Shown here piece after piece: positions 48,144 to 58,086 of a DNA stretch of 64,000 bases. Each line of letters begins with the position of its first letter. Within the stretch, counting starts at the first letter, position 1. The position numbers and the translations under genes were made by a program. The DNA lies in assembly GCA_965228895.1 (NCBI GenBank), contig OZ245842.1, forward strand, positions 1,024,001 through 1,088,000, read 5' to 3'. This DNA is from Alphaproteobacteria bacterium (lineage in GTDB: Bacteria; Pseudomonadota; Alphaproteobacteria; SP197). The notes beneath the pieces were generated by a model. The model searched no databases, was not told the origin of the DNA, and saw only the letters and a program-made list of their open reading frames with translations.

Positions 48144-50180
48144 ATGCTCGGTAGACTGACGGTCGAGGCGCTGCCGCTCTATAGCTGGATTGCTATGGGT
48201 GGCGCGGCGGTCACGGTGCTCGGCGGCGTCACCGTTTTCGCCTTGCTGACCTGGTTCAAGAAGTGGGGTTACTTCTGGAACGAGTGGCTGACCAGCCTCG
48301 ATCACAAGCGCATTGGCGTGATGTATATCGCCCTGGCACTTTTGATGCTGGTGCGCGGTTTTGTCGACGCCCTCATGATGCGCAGTCAGCAGGCGTTCGC
48401 CTATGACTCCGGCGGCTATCTGCCGCCCGGCCATTTCGACCAGGTGTTCAGTTCACACGGCACGATCATGATCTTTTTCATGGCCATGCCGTTCATGACC
48501 GGTCTGTTCAATCTTATCGTGCCGCAACAGATCGGCACGCGTGACGTTGCGTTCCCGTTCATGAATTCGCTCAGCCTGTGGTTCACCTCGGCGGGCGCCG
48601 GTCTGATCCTGATCTCATTGGTGATCGGCAAGTTCTCGACCGCCGGCTGGACCGGCTATCCGCCCTATTCGGGCCTGGAGTTTTCGCCCGGCGTCGGCGT
48701 CGACTATTGGCTGTGGGCGGTGCTGATAAGCGGGATAGGCTCGACGCTGACCGGTATCAACTTCATTGTCACCATCCTCAAACGACGAGCGCCCGGCATG
48801 ACTCTGCTGCGCATGCCGCTCTTCACGTGGACCGTTCTGGTCAGCAGCGTGCTCATGGCGTTTGCGTTCCCCGCGCTCACTGTCGCCGCCGGCCTGTTGG
48901 GCCTCGACCGCTATCTGGAGATGCATTTCTTCACCAATGCCGATGGCGGCAACATGATGAACTTCATCAACCTGCTGTGGATCTGGGGCCATCCGGAGGT
49001 CTATATCCTGATCCTGCCGGCCTTCGGCGTGTTCTCCGAAGTCGTCGCGACGTTCTCGCGCAAGAGCCTGTTCGGCTACAAGTCGCTGGTCTATGCGACG
49101 GCGGCGATCGGCATCCTCTCGTTCTCGGTCTGGCTGCACCACTTCTTCACCATGGGTGCGGGCGCCAATGTCAACGCGGTGTTCGGTATCGCCACCATGA
49201 TCATCGCGGTGCCGACCGGCGTGAAGGTGTTCGACTGGCTGTTCACCATGTATCGCGGGCGCATCACGTTCGATCCGACGATGTACTGGACGATCGGCTT
49301 CATCGTGACCTTTGTCATCGGCGGCGTGACCGGCGTTCTGCTCGCCATCCCGCCAGTCGATTACCTGATGCACAACACGACCTTCCTGGTCGCCCATTTC
49401 CACAACATGATCATTCCCGGCGTGTTGTTCGGTTATGTCGCCGGCCTGATCTACTGGTTTCCCAAGGCGATTGGATTCCAACTCAGTGCCAAATGGGGCA
49501 TTCGTGCCTTCTGGTGCTGGCTTATCGGCTTCTATCTCGCCTTCATGCCGCTCTATCTGCTCGGTATGATGGGCATGCCGCGGCGCATGGAGCGTTACGA
49601 GATCGCCGAGTGGCAACCCTACCTGATCATCGCGGCCATCGGCGCTGCGGTTATTCTGGCAGGCGTCGTCTGCATGGCGTTTCAGTTACTGGTCGGTATT
49701 AGGGAACGCGAGAAAACGCGCGACCTCAGCGGCGATCCGTTCAACGGGCGTACGCTGGAGTGGCTGACGTCATCGCCGCCTGCGCCCTACAACTTCGCCG
49801 TCGTTCCCAAGGTCGAAAGTCTCGATGCGTTCTGGAAGATGAAGGTGGACGGCACCGCCTATCAGAAGCCTTCGGGCTACACCGATATCGTGATGCCGAG
49901 GAACTCCAGCCTTGGTGTCGTTGCGGGCGCGTTCGCCTTTGTCCTGGGCTTCGCCATGATTTGGTACATCTGGTGGCTGGCGATCCTCAGCCTGCTGGTG
50001 ATCGGTATTGTCGTTGTCGTGCGCAGCAGCATGGACAACACGGATTACGTCATTACCGCCAGCGAGGTCGCAGCGATCGAGGAGCAACGCTTTAACGATC
50101 TTGCCCGCGTGCCGCGTCACGACACCGGCGACCCGGCGGCAAGCCCGCAAGCCGCGCCGGCACCGGGGAGTGCGTCATGA
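48144..50180 (+). CDS. cyoB: Cytochrome o ubiquinol oxidase subunit I
   Basis: [33 protein letters not shown]. Confidence 0.96.
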   Translation: MLGRLTVEALPLYSWIAMGGAAVTVLGGVTVFALLTWFKKWGYFWNEWLTSLDHKRIGVMYIALALLMLVRGFVDALMMRSQQAFAYDSGGYLPPGHFDQVFSSHGTIMIFFMAMPFMTGLFNLIVPQQIGTRDVAFPFMNSLSLWFTSAGAGLILISLVIGKFSTAGWTGYPPYSGLEFSPGVGVDYWLWAVLISGIGSTLTGINFIVTILKRRAPGMTLLRMPLFTWTVLVSSVLMAFAFPALTVAAGLLGLDRYLEMHFFTNADGGNMMNFINLLWIWGHPEVYILILPAFGVFSEVVATFSRKSLFGYKSLVYATAAIGILSFSVWLHHFFTMGAGANVNAVFGIATMIIAVPTGVKVFDWLFTMYRGRITFDPTMYWTIGFIVTFVIGGVTGVLLAIPPVDYLMHNTTFLVAHFHNMIIPGVLFGYVAGLIYWFPKAIGFQLSAKWGIRAFWCWLIGFYLAFMPLYLLGMMGMPRRMERYEIAEWQPYLIIAAIGAAVILAGVVCMAFQLLVGIREREKTRDLSGDPFNGRTLEWLTSSPPAPYNFAVVPKVESLDAFWKMKVDGTAYQKPSGYTDIVMPRNSSLGVVAGAFAFVLGFAMIWYIWWLAILSLLVIGIVVVVRSSMDNTDYVITASEVAAIEEQRFNDLARVPRHDTGDPAASPQAAPAPGSAS

Positions 50181-50782
50181 GTGCTGACGTCGCCCTAGAC
50201 CCGCAGCATCGCGGGCCGGAAGAAGAGGCCTACGAGGAACGGGCCTTCGGGTTCTGGCTCTACCTGATGACCGACGCGATCATCTTTGCGCTGCTGTTCG
50301 CGACCTATGTGGTGATGGCGCCGAACGTCGCGTCGGCGCCGGCGCCCAAATCGCTGTTCGATCTGTGGCACACGGCGGGCGAGACGGCATTGCTCCTGAT
50401 CAGCAGCCTGACCTTTGGTATCGCCACGATATCCATGATCCAGCGCAAGAAGGGCCAGGTTCTCTTGTGGCTCGCGATCACCTTCGTGCTGGGCGCCGGT
50501 TTCGTCGCCATGGAAATCATGGAGTTCGCCGGCATGATCGCGGCTGGCGCCGGTCCGGGCGGCAGCGGTTCGCTGTCGGCGTTCTTTACCCTGGTCGGCA
50601 CCCATGGCCTGCACGTCACCATGGGTCTCATTTGGATCGTCATTCTGGGCCTGCAGGTGATGGTGAAGGGTCTCACCATGCCGGTGACGTCGCGCTTGTT
50701 CCGCCTGGGCCTGTTTTGGCACTTCCTTGACATCGTCTGGATCGGGATCTTCTCGGTCGTTTACCTGCCGGGGATCATGTAG
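50177..50782 (+). CDS. cyoC: Cytochrome o ubiquinol oxidase subunit III
   Basis: [33 protein letters not shown]. Confidence 0.95.
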   Translation: MSADVALDPQHRGPEEEAYEERAFGFWLYLMTDAIIFALLFATYVVMAPNVASAPAPKSLFDLWHTAGETALLLISSLTFGIATISMIQRKKGQVLLWLAITFVLGAGFVAMEIMEFAGMIAAGAGPGGSGSLSAFFTLVGTHGLHVTMGLIWIVILGLQVMVKGLTMPVTSRLFRLGLFWHFLDIVWIGIFSVVYLPGIM

Positions 50783-51100
50783 ATGGAACACGCAACCGTC
50801 AGCGGCGGCCACAGCCTGAAGAACTATCTGATCGGTTTTGTGCTGGCCGTGATCCTAACCGCCATTCCGTTCGCGCTTGTCGCGATGGGGGCGTTGCCGC
50901 GCGTAACGATGTTTTTTGTCATCGCCGTTGCCGCGGTCGTGCAGGTCTTCGTCCATCTGCGCTATTTTCTGAATCTGAGCCTAAAGGAAACGCCACGCGA
51001 GAACATCTTGGCGCTGGCCTTTGCTTGCGTGCTCGTCTTCCTGATGGTCGGCGGCACCATGTGGATCATGTTCAACTTGGACTACCGCCACGACATGTGA
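50783..51100 (+). CDS. cyoD: Cytochrome o ubiquinol oxidase subunit IV
   Basis: YLIGFVLAVILTAIPF, Q..VHLRYFL, GTMWIM.NL. Confidence 0.93.
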   Translation: MEHATVSGGHSLKNYLIGFVLAVILTAIPFALVAMGALPRVTMFFVIAVAAVVQVFVHLRYFLNLSLKETPRENILALAFACVLVFLMVGGTMWIMFNLDYRHDM

Positions 51101-51498
51101 TGGCGCACGGTGAAGGTTCCGCCACCGTGTTGCCTCGCACTTGGCTCGTCCTGGCGGGTCTAAACGGCGCCATCGCGGTCGCGGCCGGTGCCATGGCCGC
51201 GCATGTCGCACAGGACGCCGGCGGTGATACGATCGCGACGGCATCGCGGTATCAGATGTGGCACGCGCTCGCTCTGTTGGCGGTCGCGTGGCTCTCGACC
51301 ACTGCGCGATACAAACTGGCTAACGTGGCGGGCTGTCTCTACGTCGCCGGTATCGTGCTCTTTTGCGGTTCTCTTTACCTGTCGGTCGCGGCCGACTGGC
51401 CCGGCGTAACGGTCGCCGCGCCCTTCGGTGGTGTCGCGTTCATCCTGGGCTGGCTGATGCTGCTCGGCGCGGGTCTAGGCCGGTTCAGGCAAGACTGA
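51100..51498 (+). CDS. DUF423 family membrane protein
   Basis: GA.AAH, TASRYQMWHALAL, G..LFCGSLY, APFGG..ILGW; ATG overlaps the cyoD stop. Confidence 0.87.
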   Translation: MAHGEGSATVLPRTWLVLAGLNGAIAVAAGAMAAHVAQDAGGDTIATASRYQMWHALALLAVAWLSTTARYKLANVAGCLYVAGIVLFCGSLYLSVAADWPGVTVAAPFGGVAFILGWLMLLGAGLGRFRQD

Positions 51499-51504
51499 CG
51501 CCAG

Positions 51505-52917
51505 TCAGATTGGCGGTCGCTTGTCGCCCCACGGACGATGTTTCTCGATCGCCGCGCCAATGCGAAGCGCGGTCAGGTCGTCGAACCGATGCCCGACGAT
51601 CTGCAAGCCGGTCGGCAGCCCGCTCTTGGTCCAGCCCGACGGCACGGAGAGCGCAGGGCAGTGGGCGATATTGTTGAAGGCAAGCGTCATGTCGGTGCTC
51701 AACACCTTGCCATCGGCGGTCTCGCCTGAATGCGCCGCATCTGTGTCGTCGGCCGGTGGGGCCGGAATGGGGTTGGTCGGGCAGAGCAGAGCGTCATAGC
51801 GCTCAAACACGTCGCACAGGCTATGCCACTGCTTGGTGCGCACGAACTCCAGCCGCTTGAAGGTGATGGCATCGATCGTGCGCGCGTGGTCGAACATCTC
51901 GACGATGGTCGGATCAAGGTCGTCTCGCCGCTCGTCAAGGTGCTGTTCGAAGAAGGCTGCCAGGTAGACGGTCCAGTATTCGTTCCAGGCGTCGGCGACG
52001 TCGCGTGTCCAGCCCAGATCGACCTCGTCGACCGTGGCGCCCGCATCGCGCAAGACATCGACGCACGCCATGACATTGGCCGCGACCTCATCGTCGATGG
52101 CATAGAATCCAAGATCCATGTCGAGCGCGATGGTCATGCCGGCGACATCGCCGCTGATCGACGTCGGCACATCGAGTGGCGTCTGGATCGACATGATGTC
52201 GCGTTCGAACGGCCCTTGGGCCGCGGCCAGGAACATCGCGGCGTCGTCGATGGTGCGGGCGAGAGGACCAAAATGGGAGATGTTGTCGAAGACAGTCGGC
52301 AGCACCGTCATCGGAATGCGTCCCAGGCTCGGCTTCAGGCCGACGGTGCCACAAAATGCCGCGGGTATGCGCACGGATCCCCCCATGTCCGAACCCTCGG
52401 CGAAGGGCACGCAGCCGGATGCGACGGCGGCACCGGAACCACCTGACGAGCCGCCGGGCGACCGGCTGGGGTCCCAGGGGTTGCGCGTTACGCCCCATAG
52501 CGGGCTGTGGGTGAAACCGGCATGGGCAAACTCCGGCGTCGTCGTTTTGCCGACCATGATCGCGCCGGCGCCGGTCAGGTCCTTGACGATCTGCGCGTCG
52601 TCATCGGGCACCCAGTCGCGATAGACCTTGCTGCCCATGGTCGTCGTCTTGCCCTTGGTCGGCGTGAAGTCCTTGATCGCGATGGGAACGCCATGCAGCG
52701 GACCGACGTCAGCGCCGCGCATGACGGCGGCCTCGGCCTCTTCGGCCTTGGCGATCGCCTCATCGGGAAAGACAAAGCAGAAACAGTTAAGTGTCGGATT
52801 GACCTCGCCGATTCGCTCCAGGCTGTTTTGAACGATAGCGACCGGCGATATCTCCTTTGTTCGGATGCGTCGCGCAAGTTCCTTGGCCGGCGTGAAACAC
52901 AGATCGAGATCGCTCAT
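51505..52917 (-). CDS. Amidase-signature family protein
   Basis: GPLHGVPIAIKD, GGSSGGSGA, GSDMGGSVRIPA. Confidence 0.92.
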   Translation of the reverse strand: MSDLDLCFTPAKELARRIRTKEISPVAIVQNSLERIGEVNPTLNCFCFVFPDEAIAKAEEAEAAVMRGADVGPLHGVPIAIKDFTPTKGKTTTMGSKVYRDWVPDDDAQIVKDLTGAGAIMVGKTTTPEFAHAGFTHSPLWGVTRNPWDPSRSPGGSSGGSGAAVASGCVPFAEGSDMGGSVRIPAAFCGTVGLKPSLGRIPMTVLPTVFDNISHFGPLARTIDDAAMFLAAAQGPFERDIMSIQTPLDVPTSISGDVAGMTIALDMDLGFYAIDDEVAANVMACVDVLRDAGATVDEVDLGWTRDVADAWNEYWTVYLAAFFEQHLDERRDDLDPTIVEMFDHARTIDAITFKRLEFVRTKQWHSLCDVFERYDALLCPTNPIPAPPADDTDAAHSGETADGKVLSTDMTLAFNNIAHCPALSVPSGWTKSGLPTGLQIVGHRFDDLTALRIGAAIEKHRPWGDKRPPI

Positions 52918-52994
52918 GGATATCTCCCCCAATTGCAGATGGCCGCAGGCTCGGCTAAACCGGCACCCGGTATTCGCTTTTGTGCAGTGATTTC

Positions 52995-54131
52995 ATGGCA
53001 AACGGCCCGTTGCAAGCCTATCGCGCCTTGGTCGAGGACGGCGACATCAAACCGGACGGCGCCCAGCTTGCCGCCATGGAGCGGTTTCAACAGCTCTGCG
53101 ACGATCTCGATACGATGGCGCACAACGGAAGCCGCAACGGCAACGGACGCCTGTTCCGGGCTTTGTTCGGCAGCCGCAATGACGCGCCCGCGCCCAAGGG
53201 CGTCTATCTCTACGGCGATGTCGGCCGCGGCAAGTCGATGTTGATGGATCTTTTCTTTGAGACCGTTGACGTGCCGTCGAAACGACGCGTGCACTTTCAC
53301 GCTTTCATGCAGGAGGTTCACGGCCTGATCCATGAGCAACGCCATGTCGGTCGGCACGATAACGATCGAGATTTGATCAAGGCCGTCGCCAAAGGCGTCG
53401 CAAGAGACTCCAGCCTGCTGTGTTTCGACGAGCTGCATGTGACGGATATTGCCGACGCGATGATCCTGGGCCGCCTGTTCAAGAAACTTTTCGAACGCGG
53501 CATCGTCATGGTCGCGACCTCGAACCGTCCGCCGCGCGACCTCTACAACGGCGGCATCAACCGCGAGCTCTTCGTGCCGTTCATCGACATGATCGAAGAC
53601 CGCCTGGATGTGGTTGAACTTGAGGCCGAGCAAGACTACAGGCTGGCATTTCTGCAGCAGGCGAACGTCTATTGCACGCCGCTGGGTGAAGCGGCGGACC
53701 GCGCGCTTAACGACGCCTTCGATCATTTGGTCGGCGGCGAACCGCCCCATGCGCTCGATCTGGAAGTCCAGGGCCGGCAGCTTCATGTGCCGCGCCAAGC
53801 CCGCCATGTCGCGCGGTTTACGTTCGAAGAATTGTGCGACCGTCCGCTGGGTGCGGCGGACTACCTTTTGCTGGCCGAACACTTCCACACACTGGTCATC
53901 GACGGCATCCCGCGCATGGGCAAGGAGCAACGTAATCAGGCCAGCCGCCTCGTGACCCTCATCGACGTGCTCTACGAAAACCGCGTCAACCTGATCTGCT
54001 CGGCCGATGCGCCGCCCGATGAGCTCTACGTCCACGGCGATGGTGCGTTCGAGTTTCAACGCACGGCGTCTCGGCTGATTGAAATGCAATCCAGTCACTA
54101 TCTCGCAGAACAACGGCCGGAAGCGGCATGA
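52995..54131 (+). CDS. zapE: Cell division ATPase ZapE (AFG1 family)
   Basis: KGVYLYGDVGRGKSMLMD, RVHFH.FM, CFDE, ATSNRPP, FQRTASRL.EM. Confidence 0.93.
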   Translation: MANGPLQAYRALVEDGDIKPDGAQLAAMERFQQLCDDLDTMAHNGSRNGNGRLFRALFGSRNDAPAPKGVYLYGDVGRGKSMLMDLFFETVDVPSKRRVHFHAFMQEVHGLIHEQRHVGRHDNDRDLIKAVAKGVARDSSLLCFDELHVTDIADAMILGRLFKKLFERGIVMVATSNRPPRDLYNGGINRELFVPFIDMIEDRLDVVELEAEQDYRLAFLQQANVYCTPLGEAADRALNDAFDHLVGGEPPHALDLEVQGRQLHVPRQARHVARFTFEELCDRPLGAADYLLLAEHFHTLVIDGIPRMGKEQRNQASRLVTLIDVLYENRVNLICSADAPPDELYVHGDGAFEFQRTASRLIEMQSSHYLAEQRPEAA

Positions 54132-55555
54132 CGCTCGACGCGTTCTCCAGTGCCGTCGCCATGCGCAAGGCGCTTTCAAGCAGAGACCTCTCGCCGGTCG
54201 AGTTGCTGGAAACTCACGCTCAGCGCATCGAACGGCACAATCCCGCGCTGAACGCGATCGTCATTGGCGACCTCGATCATGCCCGGGAAGCCGCCCAGAC
54301 GGCTGACGTCTCCGCGCCTCTCGGCGGCCTGCCGATGACGGTCAAGGACGTCATGAACGTCAAGGGGCTGCCGAGTACTGGTGGCGGCGCCATGCCGCTC
54401 GGCAACATCGCTCAGGCCGATGCGCGCTCGGTCGCGAAGCTGCGTGCCGCCGGCGCCGTTATCATGGGCAAGACCAACACGCCGACCTTTGCGGCGGACT
54501 GGCAGACAACCAATGCGTTGTTCGGCGTCACCAACAACCCGTGGGATCTCGCCCGGACGCCGGGCGGCAGCACGGGTGGTGGTGCGGCGGCGGTCGCCGC
54601 TGGTCTGTCGCCGTTGGAACTGGGTTCGGATATCGGCGGGTCGATCCGCATTCCCGCGGCCTTCTGCGGAATCTATGGCCACAAGCCGAGCGAGGGGATC
54701 GTGCCGCGCAGCGGGGGCTTTGCCTCACCCTTTACCAATGCGGCGACCGGCCTTGCCGTGTGGGGGCCGTTGGCTCGCGACCCGTGCGATCTGGAAATGG
54801 CGCTTGATTGCCTTGTCGGGCCTGACCTGGGTTTCGAGCCGGCCTGGCGCGTCGACCTGCCGCCGGGGCGCCACGAACGGCTTGCCGATTTCCGGGTCGC
54901 CATGCTGCCCATGCCCGATTGGCCGCCGGTCCAGCGCGAGATTGCCGATGCCATGGCATCGCTGGCGTCGGATCTGGCCCGCTACGGCGTATCAGTTCGC
55001 GAAGCCAACCCTGAGGGATGGGGCGACATGCAGGCGATCTATCGCATCTATCGAAGCACGATGTTCGCGATAACGTCGGCCGGCTGGAGCGACGAACGGC
55101 GCGCCCAGGAACTGGCGGACGCCGATGCCAACGACGACGCCTTTGCCGTCGCCGACAAGCTCGGTATGGCGGCCAGTGCCGGCCAGTACATCGACTGGTT
55201 TGGTGAGCGCGAGCGGTACCGTCATGCCTACCGCCGGTTCTTCGAGGATGTCGATGTGCTGATTTGCCCGGTGGCGCCGGTCCTGGCGTTTCCGCATGAC
55301 GAGCGGCCCTGGCTTGCGCGTCGTCTCGATGTCGACGGCGCGGCGATCGACTATCTCCACATCTGTTTTTTCTCCGGCCTTGCCACTTTGTGCGGGCAGC
55401 CTTCGACGGCCTTTCCCTGTGGGGTTTCGGCCGACGGTCTGCCGGTCGGGTTGCAGGCGATCGGACCGTTCCTGGAAGACCGCACGCCAATTCGCTTCGC
55501 CGCGTGCCTTGCGGCCGAAAGGGGAGGCTTTCAGCCGCCCGAGGGGTATCATTGA
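54128..55555 (+). CDS. Amidase-signature family protein
   Basis: GLPMTVKD, TPGGSTGG, GSDIGGSIRIPA; ATGA overlap with zapE. Confidence 0.9.
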   Translation: MTLDAFSSAVAMRKALSSRDLSPVELLETHAQRIERHNPALNAIVIGDLDHAREAAQTADVSAPLGGLPMTVKDVMNVKGLPSTGGGAMPLGNIAQADARSVAKLRAAGAVIMGKTNTPTFAADWQTTNALFGVTNNPWDLARTPGGSTGGGAAAVAAGLSPLELGSDIGGSIRIPAAFCGIYGHKPSEGIVPRSGGFASPFTNAATGLAVWGPLARDPCDLEMALDCLVGPDLGFEPAWRVDLPPGRHERLADFRVAMLPMPDWPPVQREIADAMASLASDLARYGVSVREANPEGWGDMQAIYRIYRSTMFAITSAGWSDERRAQELADADANDDAFAVADKLGMAASAGQYIDWFGERERYRHAYRRFFEDVDVLICPVAPVLAFPHDERPWLARRLDVDGAAIDYLHICFFSGLATLCGQPSTAFPCGVSADGLPVGLQAIGPFLEDRTPIRFAACLAAERGGFQPPEGYH

Positions 55556-55595
55556 GCGCCATCGACGCCATTCACCGTATGGAAGGAGCACATCC

Positions 55596-56192
55596 ATGAT
55601 CGCATACCGTCGTCTCGCTCTGGGCGCCCTGGTGGGCGTTGCCGCATTGGCCGTTCAGTCGGCGCCCCAAGCCGGCATGCCGGTGCCGCCGGCGGCGCCC
55701 AGCTCCGGTGTCATCCTGATCAACACGCCGGTCGACCAAATGGCGCCGCAAACGGCCCGGGCGTACATGATCAGCATCCAGGAAGAGTTGATCGCCCATG
55801 GCTATCGTCCAGGCCCGGTCGACGGCACGATGGGCCCGCAGACACGCTCGGCGATCCGCGCCTATCAGCGCGACGCCGGGCTGGCCGTCGACGGTATCGC
55901 GACCAAAGAGCTGCTCGATCACCTGAAGTTCGCCCAGCCCAAGGTTTACGCCAGTACGAGCTCCAGCAGTCCCGCTCTCGATCCCGCGCTGGTTCGCGAT
56001 GTCCAAGTCGAACTGGCCGAGCGCGGCTATTACTACGGCGAACTCGACGGTATTGCCGGCAGCGGCACGCGCCAAGGTGTGCGCGACTTCCAGGCCGATG
56101 CCAAGCTGCCGGTGACCGGTGAGATCAACCAAGCATTGCTTGACCAGCTTCGGAAGGCCTCGCCGGACATTCGCGCGTCGTCATCGATCTAG
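55596..56192 (+). CDS. Secreted protein with two peptidoglycan-binding (PG_binding_1) domains
   Basis: Signal peptide; Q..L...GY..G.VDG..G..TR.AI..YQ pattern occurs twice. Confidence 0.85.
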   Translation: MIAYRRLALGALVGVAALAVQSAPQAGMPVPPAAPSSGVILINTPVDQMAPQTARAYMISIQEELIAHGYRPGPVDGTMGPQTRSAIRAYQRDAGLAVDGIATKELLDHLKFAQPKVYASTSSSSPALDPALVRDVQVELAERGYYYGELDGIAGSGTRQGVRDFQADAKLPVTGEINQALLDQLRKASPDIRASSSI

Positions 56193-56228
56193 AGGGCCCG
56201 CGCCGATCAAGCGTAGGCAGGTTTGGCT

Positions 56229-57176
56229 CTAAGACCGCAGGCTGCGGCCCTCAGGCACCGTTGTCCAGGCGTTGGCGGCATACTCGGAGCGGTAATAGTC
56301 CATCTGGCGATGGGCGGCCGTGACCGTGTTCTGCATCAGCATCGCCACGGTCACCGGTCCAACGCCGCCGGGCACCGGTGTGATCCAGCCGGCGACATCG
56401 CGGCAGGATTCGTAATCGCAGTCGCCGACGGTCAGCATCTGGCCTTCCGGCCCCTCGATCTGATTGATGCCGATATCAATGACCGCGGCACCGGGCTTGA
56501 TCATATTGCCGGTGACGAGGCCCGGTTTGCCGACGGCGACAAAGACCGCGTCGGCCTGGCGCGAATGGACAGCGAGATTGCGGGTCATGTGGTGACAGAC
56601 GGTGACTGTCGCGCCTTCGGCCATCAGAAGAAACGCGATCGGCTTGCCGACGATTTCAGAGTGGCCGACAACGACCACCTCCATGCCTGACAGCTCCAAG
56701 CCCGTCCGCTTCAGCATCTCGACCGATGCCATCGCCGTGCAAGGACCCAGGACCAGCTCGTTATAGACGATGTTGCCGATCGACGCGGGATGCAGACCCT
56801 CGACGTCCTTCAGCGGATGGATCGAGGATTGCAGCAGCTTGACGTTCAGATGCTCGGGCACCGGCCGCTGAATGATGATGCCGGTGACATGGGGGCTCGC
56901 ATTCATCGCCTGGATCGCGGCCTGCATTTCCGCTTCGGTGATCTCAGCGGGAAAGTGCCGTTCCTCAAACGAAATGCCTACGCGTTCGGCGGTGCGCTTT
57001 TGATTGCGCACATAGATGCCGACCGCATCGACATCGCCAATGGTGACCGACACCAGACGCGGCGGCCAATCGTTTTCGGTCAGCTCGTCAATCTTCAGCT
57101 TTAGATCGTCGTTGATCGACGCGGCAATGGCCCGGCCGTCAAGGTCCTTGTGTTTCAAGGTCTCCTGATCGGCCAT
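56229..57176 (-). CDS. folD: FolD-family methylene-THF dehydrogenase (atypical active site)
   Basis: KDVEG, PCT, VVG.S.IVGKP, VIDIGIN, TPVPGGVGPVTVAML. Confidence 0.92.
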   Translation of the reverse strand: MADQETLKHKDLDGRAIAASINDDLKLKIDELTENDWPPRLVSVTIGDVDAVGIYVRNQKRTAERVGISFEERHFPAEITEAEMQAAIQAMNASPHVTGIIIQRPVPEHLNVKLLQSSIHPLKDVEGLHPASIGNIVYNELVLGPCTAMASVEMLKRTGLELSGMEVVVVGHSEIVGKPIAFLLMAEGATVTVCHHMTRNLAVHSRQADAVFVAVGKPGLVTGNMIKPGAAVIDIGINQIEGPEGQMLTVGDCDYESCRDVAGWITPVPGGVGPVTVAMLMQNTVTAAHRQMDYYRSEYAANAWTTVPEGRSLRS

Positions 57177-57205
57177 CAAGGTCCTTTCGGTGCGTAACCG
57201 TTAGG

Positions 57206-57997
57206 TCAGTTGCTGTCGCCGTCGGTCGCGTCTTCGATGGCGTCAGAGGCGTCGTCGGCAGCATCGCCAACCGCATCGGCGGCATCCTCGGCCGCGTCGG
57301 AAACACTGTCGGCGGCATCGGATGCCGCGTCCATCGCGTCGTCGGCGGCATCGGACGCCGCATCCATGGCATCGCCGGCGGCATCGGACGCATCGTCGGA
57401 GACATCCTCCATGGTGCCGGTGACGTCACCCTCGGCCTCGGCGCCGCCCACGTCCATCGCGACCTCGGGCAGCGGCACGGGGTTGTCGCTCAACGTGCGC
57501 ATCCAAGCAATGAGGTCGGCGCGTTCGGCGATGTCGGAGATACCGGCGAAGGTCATCTTGGTGCCCGGCGCATAGGCGCGGGGGCCGGCCAGATAGTCGC
57601 TCAGTCGGTCATAGGACCAAACGCCGCCCAGGTCCAAGAGCGCGCTCGAATAATCGTAGCCGGGGACGCTGGCGACCTCGCTACCGACGATGTTCCACAG
57701 GTTCGGTCCCTGTTTCGCCGCGGTATCGCCTTGCACAAACGTATGGCAGGCCGAGCATTTGCGCGAAATCCGCTCGCCGCCCTCGGGCAGGGCAGCCGCC
57801 AGCAACTGGTCAATGCTCATGGCAGGCGCCGTGTCGTCGGCCACGGTGCCGCTCGGCTCGTCAATCTCGACGATATAGGACATCTCGTCGGGCGAATCGG
57901 CGTTGTAGAGAATCCCGCCCAGCTTACTGACGCCGACCGCGATCAGGACTGCCACCAGGACCGCAGCAGCAATCTTGTTGAATTCAAGGGATTCCAT
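57206..57997 (-). CDS. Membrane-anchored class I cytochrome c (CycM/c-y-like) with acidic repeat tail
   Basis: N-terminal TM (FNKIAAAVL..), CSACH heme motif, GPNL, PGTKM.FAG; divergent from kdsB. Confidence 0.9.
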   Translation of the reverse strand: MESLEFNKIAAAVLVAVLIAVGVSKLGGILYNADSPDEMSYIVEIDEPSGTVADDTAPAMSIDQLLAAALPEGGERISRKCSACHTFVQGDTAAKQGPNLWNIVGSEVASVPGYDYSSALLDLGGVWSYDRLSDYLAGPRAYAPGTKMTFAGISDIAERADLIAWMRTLSDNPVPLPEVAMDVGGAEAEGDVTGTMEDVSDDASDAAGDAMDAASDAADDAMDAASDAADSVSDAAEDAADAVGDAADDASDAIEDATDGDSN

Positions 57998-58086
57998 GTG
58001 TACCGACCTTCCCGGTGACCCGTGAGAACGCGGCGGAGATTAGCCATTTCACGGACCTGTGTTCAACCCCTATGGGCCTTTGACCT

